From contig OZ241986.1 of the NCBI GenBank assembly GCA_965204375.1, positions 3,904,001 to 3,968,000 of the forward strand: 64,000 nt of DNA. Direction: 5' to 3'. Below are positions 30,206 through 40,199 of this stretch, piece after piece. Within the stretch, counting starts at the first letter, position 1. The number at the start of each line of letters is the position of its first letter. The stretch comes from Candidatus Latescibacterota bacterium (lineage in GTDB: Bacteria; Latescibacterota; UBA2968). A model generated the notes under the pieces. The model made no database searches. It saw only the letters and a program-made list of their open reading frames with translations, and had not been told where the DNA came from. Made by a program: the position numbers and the translations under genes.

Positions 30206-31836
30206 GATGAGACTCCTGAATCGAGATCGACAAGTTCTAAGGCGTCAAGCAGACGGCATATACAATTGTTTGCTTCTTCGTCTTCGGGAAAAAATAGAGA
30301 TTCATCACAAGTGATCGCTGGCCAACGGAATTCATCGTACCGATGTTTGATCAACCCGAGCTGTCGATTTGCAGCATCTGCTCCGCGAAATAATGCCGCA
30401 CGCAGGGCATATTGTTGGCTTCGAGGAAATTTGTCATCCTCCTCCAGGTGCTCAGCAGCTTTCGTCAGATCGCACCAGATGCGGTTTTTTGCCCAAGCAT
30501 CTTCCCGGTCACCTTCTTCCCCCAGGACGTATGGCCGACCTGTTAAATTGTGAGTCTCTGTCAATGTCCACCGCTCACGGAGATCGTCGAGGGATGTTTC
30601 TGCGCCATCGAACAGGACGTGAAAATCCAGCGCACATCGGGAAACATCGAGCCTGGACTTGACCTTTTTGGCTTGCTTGATCAGTTGTTCTGACAATTCG
30701 TAGCCGCGGTGAAACGGATAATGTGGTTTGGTGATCGCAACACCTGCCGCAGCACCGAGTTTTTCCCAATTTTTTTCTTTAAGAATTTCCGGAATGATCG
30801 AGGATTGGCAAAGCACTTGTTTTTTCTGTGTCTGCTCCTGAAACGCCTTGAGATAGGTAGCGGCGAAATCTACAGCGATGCGCCCATCACAGAGAACCGT
30901 CAGATCATCTCCGCCCAGAACCAACGGGATGAGTGGAATAAGATCTTCCTGGTGCGGCCAGGTCTTATCCAGTGCTTCCTGAAAGGCGGCGACCCCACAA
31001 AGATCAAGAGACAGAGAAAATTTGCGGTAAGCATCGAAGTAGCCATCCAGTGTTTCTTCGCCGCAGATATCCCCGAATTTAAGAAAAAGCTGTCCCACCC
31101 CATTACCATCGGCATGGACGATACCAAGCCAGTCGTACCCACGTTTTTCCAGTTCCTCAATTTTCTGAAAAATATCAACATTTGTGCCAATCTGCATCTT
31201 AATGCGCTCTGCTGCTGTCTCACGCACATCCCATTTCGCGATCGTCACATCGGAATAGGGATGCTCATCTTCGCCCAGCTTCTTCACCCTGACCGCAGGT
31301 AGCCCGGAGCTTGCACAGGGTTCAAGAATCGGCAATGTAGGGAACCGCGCTTCGGGTGCTGGCAAATGGTTGCGAATCGCTTCAATTTTCTGGTGAACGT
31401 CACTGACCGCTTTGTTTGCTGCGTCAACCGTGTCGCCACAGATTGGCACAACAGCACCGCGAAGGACCAGTCCCGGTGCTTCTTTAACTGCCTTTTGGGT
31501 AGCGAATGCGATCAAATTTTCTGCGACTTCTTTTTTTGTACTCAGGAATAATGCTTTGCCCGATGTCGCAACGACGATTTCAACAGCCGCACCATTAGCT
31601 ATGCGAGGTGCCGTTGCCATCGCCTCCGCGTGGGAAGCGGGCCCCTTCCGTGCCTCTTTAAGCAAGTCCTTAAAGTCCGTGCTGTTCGTCACGGCCGCCG
31701 CTGCTTCGTAAGTGTATGCCACGCCCGCATCCCATACACGTTGCGATGCCCCGACATTTTCCCGCAGCCTGTTGGTCGCGAAGATATAAGCCTGATTACC
31801 GGCGGTTTCGAGAATACCCAGATACTTAGTGCTCAA
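30202..31836 (-). CDS. cas10: Cas10 lacking an HD domain, with intact Palm cyclase motif
   Basis: NQAYIFATNRLRENVGAS, IVHADGNGVG, LVLGGDDL; only 544 aa. Confidence 0.9.
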   Translation of the reverse strand: MSTKYLGILETAGNQAYIFATNRLRENVGASQRVWDAGVAYTYEAAAAVTNSTDFKDLLKEARKGPASHAEAMATAPRIANGAAVEIVVATSGKALFLSTKKEVAENLIAFATQKAVKEAPGLVLRGAVVPICGDTVDAANKAVSDVHQKIEAIRNHLPAPEARFPTLPILEPCASSGLPAVRVKKLGEDEHPYSDVTIAKWDVRETAAERIKMQIGTNVDIFQKIEELEKRGYDWLGIVHADGNGVGQLFLKFGDICGEETLDGYFDAYRKFSLSLDLCGVAAFQEALDKTWPHQEDLIPLIPLVLGGDDLTVLCDGRIAVDFAATYLKAFQEQTQKKQVLCQSSIIPEILKEKNWEKLGAAAGVAITKPHYPFHRGYELSEQLIKQAKKVKSRLDVSRCALDFHVLFDGAETSLDDLRERWTLTETHNLTGRPYVLGEEGDREDAWAKNRIWCDLTKAAEHLEEDDKFPRSQQYALRAALFRGADAANRQLGLIKHRYDEFRWPAITCDESLFFPEDEEANNCICRLLDALELVDLDSGVSS

Positions 31837-31868
31837 TGTAGCTCCCTTTGTATATTTTCAATCCACAG

Positions 31869-33635
31869 TCACGTCCGCTTTGCGTCAAGCCAGTGAGACT
31901 CGCCTTTCATATACGGGTCTCTATCTTGTTCATGCGGAGGGCGGCGATCAATAAGTGCGAAGCGGCGTACCGGGCGACCCAGCTTTTGGGCTTCTTCAAC
32001 CAACCGTTGGACAATCAAGCCCATCAGTGTTGTGCCACCAGTCATGTTGGCTACGATCTCGTCGGCATTTAACAAATGGGTACGAGCCTGTTCTGCTGAC
32101 GTCTTAATCTCGGAAAAACCACCGTGTGGATCGGTCAGAATAATCTGATCAATGTCACCGCCAAAGCCCGCATGTTTGGCGGCGTTACAAATACTACTTG
32201 ATGATGTGGCTGAGCAAATCACCAGGCAGGTACCAGGCTCAGCGACTTTTAACGCCGAAAACAATACGCCGGGTCTTGTTCCTTGCGGTGAAAGCAACAA
32301 CCGACCGCCGCCACCACCCAATTGCGGCAGAGCAATATGTTCCGCTTTCAGTTGATCCCAAAACATCTGAACCGATTCAAGATATCCTGGTGGCTGTTCA
32401 AGAGGATCGTAGCGCATGCCATGATGGTGTAGTATATTGCGTAGGTCTGCGAGTTGATTCCAGAAGTCGCCGAACGCCTTCTGCTTACAGGTTCTGATAG
32501 CTTTGAACGCCTCATCTCTGGCAAATGCGCCGAGGGCACCGAGGCGGCGTTCATACCGCAAGCGCACATCTCGGTCCAACCACTTTTCGACCTCTTCGGG
32601 ATTTCCGGATTTCAATATGGCCCAGGAAACCACCCACTCACGCATTAGACCAATAGCCAACGGAAATTGACCGCGCTCCAGGTACAAATCAATCATGCCA
32701 GCTTGACGAGCCAGTTCATCTTTATCTATAGTAACTGTCTTTTTCCATTGATCCTTTGGGGGTGACTTTACAAAGGCCGTTTTGTCAGCAACGCTGACGA
32801 TAGCGTCCGTTAGTTCTTTAGCGAGCGGCGGAAGATTGGGAGAATCTATGTCAGGAAGGGTGCAAATCGCATCAACGAGCACCCGACTGGCCTTTCGCAA
32901 TTCCAGCGGCAAAGCGGACTCATAGGCAAAGGCGTGCTTCCCCAGTGACTCAACTGAATTATTGACTTGATTGAATTGAGCGTTCCATTTTTTCCCCTCA
33001 CTCATATTACCAGCTTTGAACAGTGCGACTTTTTTTTCGTTTAACATATCTGCCAACGGCTTAAGAAGTTGCGCTACAGGCTCAGTCGTCCCCTGGTCTC
33101 GGAACATCCGCACCGCGTGAAACCACTCTGGCAATTCGAGTAATGGCCGCAAGTCAATGATGGGTTTGGGATCGGCAGTCTCGACCATGCCATAGTAGGC
33201 ACCGCGAATTTTCACGCCGCGGAGCGATGTGAGATAGAGTACCAGAGCGTAAAAGATGAACGGAAAGTGCCGGAACCCCTGTGTAACATCAAGCGTGAGT
33301 TCCGCGCCTTCTGGAATTTTTTGGGCTACCTTTTCGAGAATCTCACGGATCTCGTCGGGACTTTTTCCGTCGGGAATATCAATTGCTTCGGGTTTAATTT
33401 CAAGGATGGTGCTAATTTCCGTCTTAAAAACCGGCCATGTTTTATCCCTGGCTCCATCTGTGACCATCGCGACAACGCGATTGGGTTGTTGCAATGAGTC
33501 GAAAAATTGCACCAAAGCCAGTGGGGTGAGCGGTGCGGTAGCTGTTTTACCATTCCACTGGTATTCTGTTGGGATGGCATTCATTCCCAGACTGGTCAGT
33601 AGAATATGCTTATTTTCGTGTGTTTCTTCTTCCAA
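31869..33635 (-). CDS. csx1: Csx1/TM1812-family CARF-HEPN ribonuclease with an extra C-terminal CARF-like domain
   Basis: LLTSLG..LDVTQGFRHFP (CARF), LRNILHHHG (HEPN RxxxxH), LLLSPQGTRPGVL..ANMTGGTTLM (second CARF). Confidence 0.8.
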   Translation of the reverse strand: MEEETHENKHILLTSLGMNAIPTEYQWNGKTATAPLTPLALVQFFDSLQQPNRVVAMVTDGARDKTWPVFKTEISTILEIKPEAIDIPDGKSPDEIREILEKVAQKIPEGAELTLDVTQGFRHFPFIFYALVLYLTSLRGVKIRGAYYGMVETADPKPIIDLRPLLELPEWFHAVRMFRDQGTTEPVAQLLKPLADMLNEKKVALFKAGNMSEGKKWNAQFNQVNNSVESLGKHAFAYESALPLELRKASRVLVDAICTLPDIDSPNLPPLAKELTDAIVSVADKTAFVKSPPKDQWKKTVTIDKDELARQAGMIDLYLERGQFPLAIGLMREWVVSWAILKSGNPEEVEKWLDRDVRLRYERRLGALGAFARDEAFKAIRTCKQKAFGDFWNQLADLRNILHHHGMRYDPLEQPPGYLESVQMFWDQLKAEHIALPQLGGGGGRLLLSPQGTRPGVLFSALKVAEPGTCLVICSATSSSSICNAAKHAGFGGDIDQIILTDPHGGFSEIKTSAEQARTHLLNADEIVANMTGGTTLMGLIVQRLVEEAQKLGRPVRRFALIDRRPPHEQDRDPYMKGESHWLDAKRT

Positions 33636-33656
33636 GAGTAACTCCTTTCCTGAGAT

Positions 33657-35342
33657 TTACAAACTCCCGTTTTTCTTCTCCGAATGAATCCCGCGATGGC
33701 AAGTTTTGCAGACAATGAGGGTCTTTCGCTTTCGCGCGATCATTTCTCGCATCCATTTGTTCTCTGGTACTCGCCCCTGTCTATGGACGAGTTTTCGGAT
33801 ATGATGCACTTCCACATGGCCTGCTACGCCGCAGCATTCGCACTGGTTTGACAGCAGGCGTTGGATGAGTTCTACCCCCTTGCACCACATCGCCCTGTTC
33901 TGGTCATGAACCGCAAGAAATATCCCTTCTCTCGGCCTCAACGGAAAGCCGCCAAAGCGCGCCATCCGAGGTTGTCCATCTTCACACAACACCGGCACCT
34001 CCACACACGTTTGAGGACCATAAGGCGTTTGTATGGTCGCCTTATACTGCTTCACAAGTTGATTCACATGTGTCTTGTGTTTTTTCGCAAGCGTCTTGAG
34101 CAACGACGAACTCATCACCCAGCGCAATACATTTAAGATATGGACATTGTGTGCCAAAAGGTAGTATTGCACATATCCGACATATCGACTCTGAAAAAGA
34201 CTGATGATTTCCCAATCGCTGTCATGGAGCAGTTCAGCGCGGTATGTGATGCGCCCGCGTTTTTGATACAGGCTACACTTCTCTTTTACAGCTTTTTTAG
34301 GCACACTGAGACTCAAGGTATTTTGAGTTGCGCCATTCAGATTTTTAATTTCGTATCCGAGAAAAAAAGCACTCTCTGTCCGACAGTGGGTAATTGCAGT
34401 CTTGTCCTCTGAAAGCTCCAATCTCAGCGTCTCTCGCAAAAATGCTTTGAGACATTCTTTGATCTCTTTTGCCTCTGCCTTTCGCCCGGTAAAACCGATC
34501 AAAAAATCGTCGGCATATCGGATATAGCGAATACGTCTGAAACTGGGACCCTGAGCATCCAATATGGTCAGGATTCTTTGCAACTCCTCTGGGGTTTTCC
34601 AACTCGCCTCTATGCGTTTCTCGCCCGTTGTGTACAGGGGCACAAGCGTATTTTCGACAAACTGATCCAACCTGCCGAGATAGATATTTGCGAGAAGTGG
34701 ACTGATGGGACCGCCTTGTGGCGTACCCCTCAGCGTAGGTTCGTAACGCCCATGCGCGATGCATCCGGCCTTGAGCAACTCTCCGATTAAGTCGATAAAC
34801 CGATCATCGTGAATTTTCTCTTTCAAAATAGACAGCAGGCACTCGTGATCTATGCTGTCAAAGCACGCTTTGATATCGCCCTCAATAAAATAGTCTATGT
34901 CTTTCCATCTCGAAATTTCCGCGAGTGCAGAATGGCAACCTCGCTGAGGCCGAAATCCGTGGGACAGGTCACTAAACTGGGGATCATAATAAGCATCCAG
35001 CAGAGATCGCATAACCTCTTGCACCAGTTTATCCGACCAAACAGGTATGCCGAGCGGACGCCGCCCGCCATTTTTCTTCGGAATATAGATGCGCTTGACA
35101 GGCGTCCATTGATATCGCTCGCAGCGGAATGCCTCAATGAGGGCATTGATTTTCGCCATAGACATGCCATCTGTGGTTTCTCGTGTGATGCCTTGCGTGG
35201 TCGCGCCAGCTTTTCGATACAGCCGTCCATAAGCGCGTAAAAAGAGGTCCGGGTTGTAGAGGTGTCGATAAATGTTCTCAAGGGGCAAATTTTGTCTGCC
35301 TCTTTTCTGTATGGCTTTTAATACGGGTTCCGCGATCTTCAC
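33657..35342 (-). CDS. Group II intron-type reverse transcriptase/maturase with HNH-like C-terminus, with no flanking intron RNA
   Basis: RPLGIP..DKLVQ, SHGFRP, EGDIKACFDSIDH, GTPQGGPISPLLANIYL, RYADD, FLGY, CECCG..EVHH..VCKTCH. Confidence 0.9.
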   Translation of the reverse strand: MKIAEPVLKAIQKRGRQNLPLENIYRHLYNPDLFLRAYGRLYRKAGATTQGITRETTDGMSMAKINALIEAFRCERYQWTPVKRIYIPKKNGGRRPLGIPVWSDKLVQEVMRSLLDAYYDPQFSDLSHGFRPQRGCHSALAEISRWKDIDYFIEGDIKACFDSIDHECLLSILKEKIHDDRFIDLIGELLKAGCIAHGRYEPTLRGTPQGGPISPLLANIYLGRLDQFVENTLVPLYTTGEKRIEASWKTPEELQRILTILDAQGPSFRRIRYIRYADDFLIGFTGRKAEAKEIKECLKAFLRETLRLELSEDKTAITHCRTESAFFLGYEIKNLNGATQNTLSLSVPKKAVKEKCSLYQKRGRITYRAELLHDSDWEIISLFQSRYVGYVQYYLLAHNVHILNVLRWVMSSSLLKTLAKKHKTHVNQLVKQYKATIQTPYGPQTCVEVPVLCEDGQPRMARFGGFPLRPREGIFLAVHDQNRAMWCKGVELIQRLLSNQCECCGVAGHVEVHHIRKLVHRQGRVPENKWMREMIARKRKTLIVCKTCHRGIHSEKKNGSL

Positions 35343-35411
35343 GACGCATCTCTTGATTGTTTTTAAGTATTGAAAGGTCTGTATTAGAGACCTAAAAACC
35401 CTGACCGACTG

Positions 35412-36736
35412 GTTTCAATCCCCTAAAAATCGGGTCAAGTGTTCTGCTGAGTTTTCTCACTCAATTCAAACGTTTGACCATCCCCGTGTTTCAATCCCCT
35501 AAAAATCGGGTCAAGTGTTCTGCTTGACAGCTCCTCAGCCCGCGTAAATCAGTAGGTAGTAGTGTTTCAATCCCCTAAAAATCGGGTCAAGTGTTCTGCT
35601 CCCCTTTATATATCAGACATACGAGATCTGATTTCTTTGTTTCAATCCCCTAAAAATCGGGTCAAGTGTTCTGCTGTGTTTTAGATAATTTTTTAGATGC
35701 TGATTGATAATTACGTTTCAATCCCCTAAAAATCGGGTCAAGTGTTCTGCTATGCTCGCTGTCTATTACACCTCGAAAGGAAGACATCAAGTTTCAATCC
35801 CCTAAAAATCGGGTCAAGTGTTCTGCTGATTCTGACACACCACCGGGACGATGTTGTTGTATGCTGTTTCAATCCCCTAAAAATCGGGTCAAGTGTTCTG
35901 CTCGGAAGCCATCACTCTTCTCATATTTTTTGCGTACTATCGTTTCAATCCCCTAAAAATCGGGTCAAGTGTTCTGCTTCCCCATATGACATCACATTCA
36001 CACGCGGAGGAATCGTCCGTTTCAATCCCCTAAAAATCGGGTCAAGTGTTCTGCTTTGTTGTGTTGGAAATGGGCTTTGCTCTCTCAGCAACGTTTCAAT
36101 CCCCTAAAAATCGGGTCAAGTGTTCTGCTTCCTCGTACGAGAGCACAATTCATAAGCTCGTCAACAAGTTTCAATCCCCTAAAAATCGGGTCAAGTGTTC
36201 TGCTATGAACAAATTATTCGCAATTGCAACAGCTGTCGTTATGTTTCAATCCCCTAAAAATCGGGTCAAGTGTTCTGCTGCACCCGAACCTTCCAAACAG
36301 CGGGGTTGCTGAGAGAGGTTTCAATCCCCTAAAAATCGGGTCAAGTGTTCTGCTTTGCGCGTGTGCATATCAAATCAAACCCGATGACTCCAAATGGTTT
36401 CAATCCCCTAAAAATCGGGTCAAGTGTTCTGCTATCGATGGCGAATTGAGCGATAACGAAATGTACGTGCTCGTTTCAATCCCCTAAAAATCGGGTCAAG
36501 TGTTCTGCTCTGAAGCACTGGATATCCAGGTAGTGCAGCGAGAGATGTGTTTCAATCCCCTAAAAATCGGGTCAAGTGTTCTGCTGAAATCCGAATAAAC
36601 CGCAAACAGGAGCTGGTGATATGGGTTTCAATCCCCTAAAAATCGGGTCAAGTGTTCTGCGTGCAGAGGACCAGGCTAATTATGATCGTCGTTGGCCAAG
36701 TTTCAATCCCCTAAAAATCGGGTCAAGTGTTCTGCT
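35412..36736 (-). CRISPR. CRISPR array, 18 repeats and 17 spacers (about 37-42 nt)
   Basis: Repeat on + strand GTTTCAATCCCCTAAAAATCGGGTCAAGTGTTCTGC(T). The minus-strand form ends in ATTGAAAC (typical 8-nt handle), with the leader on the cas2 side. Confidence 0.98.
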
Positions 36737-36997
36737 CGCTCCTTTCTAACTCGCTGAGTCACAATTTGTTTGAGAGCCTGTTGCGACTCAGGCCATATTG
36801 ACAGGCGTACGCCCATCCATTTTGATTCAACCATTGCAATCCCATTCTGATAATCCCTTGTAGGACAAGAAATTACAAATTCGCGACCCAGAATAGGATG
36901 AAATGATTTACCTAATTTCCACTGCTTAAAAGCAGTATCAATCCAATGCGCCATATTGACAACCTCTTTTTAATCAGAGTCGCGAAGCTCCGGATAT
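36737..36997 (-). promoter_or_regulatory. CRISPR leader
   Basis: Relatively AT-rich non-coding region between cas2 and the first repeat; contains GCCATATTGACA twice. Confidence 0.7.
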
Positions 36998-37276
36998 TCA
37001 AACAATAATATGATCTTTTTCATCCTGCGGAGGTGAACCACCTGTAAACTCGATTTTGCTCTCGCATGCGCGGCACAGCGTATAATAGCGCACCAGATCA
37101 CCCTCTGCAAGACCAATTTCACTCATGCGCTGCCGCAACTCGACAAATTGCCGTTCGCCAATGCGACACTCGAACACACTCTTTTGCACCCGCGTTCCAA
37201 AAGCCTCCAGCACCCGCGTCGCCTGCCTGCGCGTGCGGTCAGAACTAATATCAAAGCAAATGGTCACAAACATCAA
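36998..37276 (-). CDS. cas2: Cas2
   Basis: ICFDIS..RVQKSVFEC, 92 aa, directly after cas1. Confidence 0.95.
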   Translation of the reverse strand: MMFVTICFDISSDRTRRQATRVLEAFGTRVQKSVFECRIGERQFVELRQRMSEIGLAEGDLVRYYTLCRACESKIEFTGGSPPQDEKDHIIV

Positions 37277-38271
37277 CGCACCAGAAAAGCCCTGTATTGG
37301 GCCTCCTCACCCAGAATCACCCGGGCCAATCGGCGCACCTGATATTCAAGGCAACGCCGGTAAGAAATCCGCTCCACCCGCTCGCCCCCCACGGGATAGG
37401 TCACACGGTCTTCAAGACGTCTCTGGTACCCCTCAATCAACCGCTTGCGGCCCTCTCCCTGCAAAAATACACCCCCATCTCGCGCTTCAAAATCCTCGCT
37501 CTGCACCCGGTTGTGGTTGATCAAATCCAGCACCAGCGCATCCACCAGCACGGGCCGAAACTCCTCCATCAAATCCAGTGCCAGAGAAGGACGCCCATAG
37601 TCAACCACATGCAGAAAACCCAGATACGGGTCGAGACCAACAAGATAAATCGCGCCTTCCACACTATTGCCCAGCAACGCATACCCAAAGCTGAGCAACG
37701 CATTAACCGGGTCTCTGGGCGGACGTCTGTTGCGTCCCTTAAACGCGAATCCTTCGGGAAAAAAAGTCCCAAGCACGCCAAAATAAGCCGCGGTGCCCGC
37801 CCCCTCAATGCCGCGCAAAGTTTCGGCATTGGTAGCCTGTCCCACCTGCTGAATTGACCGACGCAATCTATGGGCCACTGTCCCCACATCCACCTTGCGC
37901 CGCCGCGCCAGACGCATAAGCAGGGTTCGCATATTGCGGAGTTTTCCCTCTACCACAGCCCGCGCCACACGCAGACGAAACGGCTCATCTTCATAGCACT
38001 TGAACTGCTTTTGTCGCAACACCACATTGCGCCGCGCAGGCCCCACCAGCCGTCCCCGATACCGCCCATTGATACTTAAAAAAACCGTATCCACCCCTTG
38101 TTCGAGCAACGTACTCATCGCCGGAGCCGAAAGCGCGATTTGCCCCATAAGCACCACCTGCTCCAGATCGTGCAAATGCACCTCAACCAGAACTTGCTTG
38201 CGTCGCCGCACTTGCAAACGCTCCCCCCGGCGATAAACCCCCGCACCCTGATCTGTCACATAGAGAATCAC
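37273..38271 (-). CDS. cas1: Cas1 (not fused to RT)
   Basis: LRGIEG, RRPPRDPVNALLSFGY, GLDPYLGFLH, LALDLMEEFRP. Confidence 0.97.
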   Translation of the reverse strand: MILYVTDQGAGVYRRGERLQVRRRKQVLVEVHLHDLEQVVLMGQIALSAPAMSTLLEQGVDTVFLSINGRYRGRLVGPARRNVVLRQKQFKCYEDEPFRLRVARAVVEGKLRNMRTLLMRLARRRKVDVGTVAHRLRRSIQQVGQATNAETLRGIEGAGTAAYFGVLGTFFPEGFAFKGRNRRPPRDPVNALLSFGYALLGNSVEGAIYLVGLDPYLGFLHVVDYGRPSLALDLMEEFRPVLVDALVLDLINHNRVQSEDFEARDGGVFLQGEGRKRLIEGYQRRLEDRVTYPVGGERVERISYRRCLEYQVRRLARVILGEEAQYRAFLVR

Positions 38272-40199
38272 CCCAGGTCAACCTCCACCTGGAAACGCCC
38301 CTCTCCATCGCGGCGCAAAATCCACCCACCAGCCCGCAGTTCATCCCGATCTGCCGAAGTAATGGCATAGTGCAGATCGTCTTCGAGTTGCGCCAACTCG
38401 CGTTTCAGTCGTTGGTAATCCCGCTGCAAATTCACGTATTTATCCACCAGAGGCCCGTGGCGGTCTGCACTCTGTGACCGGCCTCTGGTAAACGTTGAAT
38501 CGAGATGCAACAGCGGAGAAGGATACCCTCCTTCGGGCAAATCGAACACACACGCGCAATTAACCGTCGAAGTGACCTCGGGAAGACGCTGGCGGATCCT
38601 GGGACAACTGATGGGAGAGGGCGGCGTGCGATCAATCTGCTGCTGAGTGATGGTCTCGGAGTAATCGAGACAATGCCCTATGATACTGTGGATCAACCGT
38701 CCCCCACCGTCGTCCAAATGCCCCAAAATGCACTTGAGCACCAACCGCTCGTCGTGTGTGAGATGATGCGTAACCACGGCTTTTTCCATTAGCGCGACCA
38801 GCACCGGACACCCCTTGAAAAGAGCCTCGTATTCGGGAAAATCTGCTTGCAGAGTTTGCACTGACCCGGCCGTACCACCTTGTGCGGGCGGAGCCACCAG
38901 ACGGGACACGGCCTGCTCAAAAGCCCCTCGCTCAACCTGTTGGATGCGCTGGAGAAAACCTTCCTGATCGCTATACTCCTGTCCGTCCAGATCGGTAAAC
39001 AAACACCTGCGTCCGGTTTTCAGATGAATCCCCAGCGGCAACTTGATCAAATTGCCCAGTTGATCTTCGGCGACTTGCTCTTGCTTGGGAAAAACTTCCC
39101 ACTGGAGTTCTGGCCCCGGCGGACCGACCCGCTGGACAACCGCCTCTAAAAAACGCTTCACCACTGCTGCGGGCACTGGCTCAGCAAAAAAAAGCCACAG
39201 ATGCACCCCCTTATATCCACTATCTTCCACATAAACCGGCAGGTGTAAGTCTTCGAACTGCCGCGCCAGCCGCCGGGCGTCTGCCAGCACCAACTCTTGA
39301 AGTCGAGCAGAAATGGGCTGACCCGCCTCGCCCGCTTTCAGGGCACTTTTGCGGATATCGATATCAATAGCCCCGAAAAGCACGGTCTGGTCTGCCCGCA
39401 CCGGGTACACGCCCAGAGTCGCCGTACCTTGCAGATGCAGAGCCAACAGATGATCGGCGAGAGGCTCCTGTAGCGGACTGTACCCAACCCGACCATTCTC
39501 ATCTATCCACTGCCGCGCATGCACCCCTTCCCGCCCGGCAAACAAGACCCGCATCCGCCGCGCGGCATCCTCTCCAGAAGGCACCTCGCTACTCGGCAAT
39601 TGTGCCAATTCTCGCATCCGCGCCATCACCACCTGAAGCGCGGTCTGCGCCTCCTCATTATTCGGATCGCACGCCAGACCCCGCTCATAAGCATCTGCGG
39701 CCAGCCCCCACAACTCGTCTTCGACATAGCACTGCGCCAGTTCAAAAGCAACCGCAGCGTGATCTGGACTCACCCGCAGGGCGCGCTGCAACAAACCCAC
39801 GGCCCGGTCCCGCTCGCCACGTTCCAAGCAGATCAGACCCAGCCTGTAGAGTACCACACCATTTTCAGGCGCCCGTTTTAGCAGATCTTCATAGATCTGC
39901 ACCGCCGTTTCCAATTCTTCTACTTCCTCGGCGATCAGACCCCACTCGACATAGTGTTCATCGCAGGGCAACTGGCCGCGGTACGCGATGCGGTCGCGCA
40001 CCTTGTCGGGTTCGTTCCGCCCCAGCCACACCCGCGCCATCAACTGATGCGCTGGCACACTAACCGGATCGGTCACCAGTACATCGGCACACAAACTCTC
40101 GGCGCGATCAAATTCCCCATCCTCAATATGCTGCCGCGCCTGATCCAACATATCCTGTATATCCGCCAAACGTATATCCCTCACAAAATCTCGTAGCAC
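38268..40199 (-). CDS. CRISPR-associated primase-polymerase (TPR + AEP + Cys-rich PriCT-like domain), CAPP
   Basis: N-terminal TPRs, AEP motifs IDID, EDSGYKGVHLW, EVFPKQ, GNLIKLPLG, C-terminal CPVL..SCPRI..NCAC. Confidence 0.85.
   Translation of the reverse strand: MLRDFVRDIRLADIQDMLDQARQHIEDGEFDRAESLCADVLVTDPVSVPAHQLMARVWLGRNEPDKVRDRIAYRGQLPCDEHYVEWGLIAEEVEELETAVQIYEDLLKRAPENGVVLYRLGLICLERGERDRAVGLLQRALRVSPDHAAVAFELAQCYVEDELWGLAADAYERGLACDPNNEEAQTALQVVMARMRELAQLPSSEVPSGEDAARRMRVLFAGREGVHARQWIDENGRVGYSPLQEPLADHLLALHLQGTATLGVYPVRADQTVLFGAIDIDIRKSALKAGEAGQPISARLQELVLADARRLARQFEDLHLPVYVEDSGYKGVHLWLFFAEPVPAAVVKRFLEAVVQRVGPPGPELQWEVFPKQEQVAEDQLGNLIKLPLGIHLKTGRRCLFTDLDGQEYSDQEGFLQRIQQVERGAFEQAVSRLVAPPAQGGTAGSVQTLQADFPEYEALFKGCPVLVALMEKAVVTHHLTHDERLVLKCILGHLDDGGGRLIHSIIGHCLDYSETITQQQIDRTPPSPISCPRIRQRLPEVTSTVNCACVFDLPEGGYPSPLLHLDSTFTRGRSQSADRHGPLVDKYVNLQRDYQRLKRELAQLEDDLHYAITSADRDELRAGGWILRRDGEGRFQVEVDLG

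Noticed and set aside
33657-35342. DGR or retron RT
   Set aside because: The motifs and maturase/HNH tail are group II-like, and no TR/VR pair or msr-msd is adjacent. Differences between the AAA paralogues are not adenine-specific.
33657-35411. Complete group II intron inserted in the CRISPR locus
   Set aside because: Only 69 nt upstream and 21 nt downstream are non-coding, and no domain V/VI or GUGCG 5' end is visible there.
35449-36699. Self-targeting spacers within the window
   Set aside because: No matches noticed by eye; this was not an exhaustive search.
35742-36954. ORFs overlapping the array and leader
   Set aside because: They are translations of CRISPR repeats, spacers and leader.
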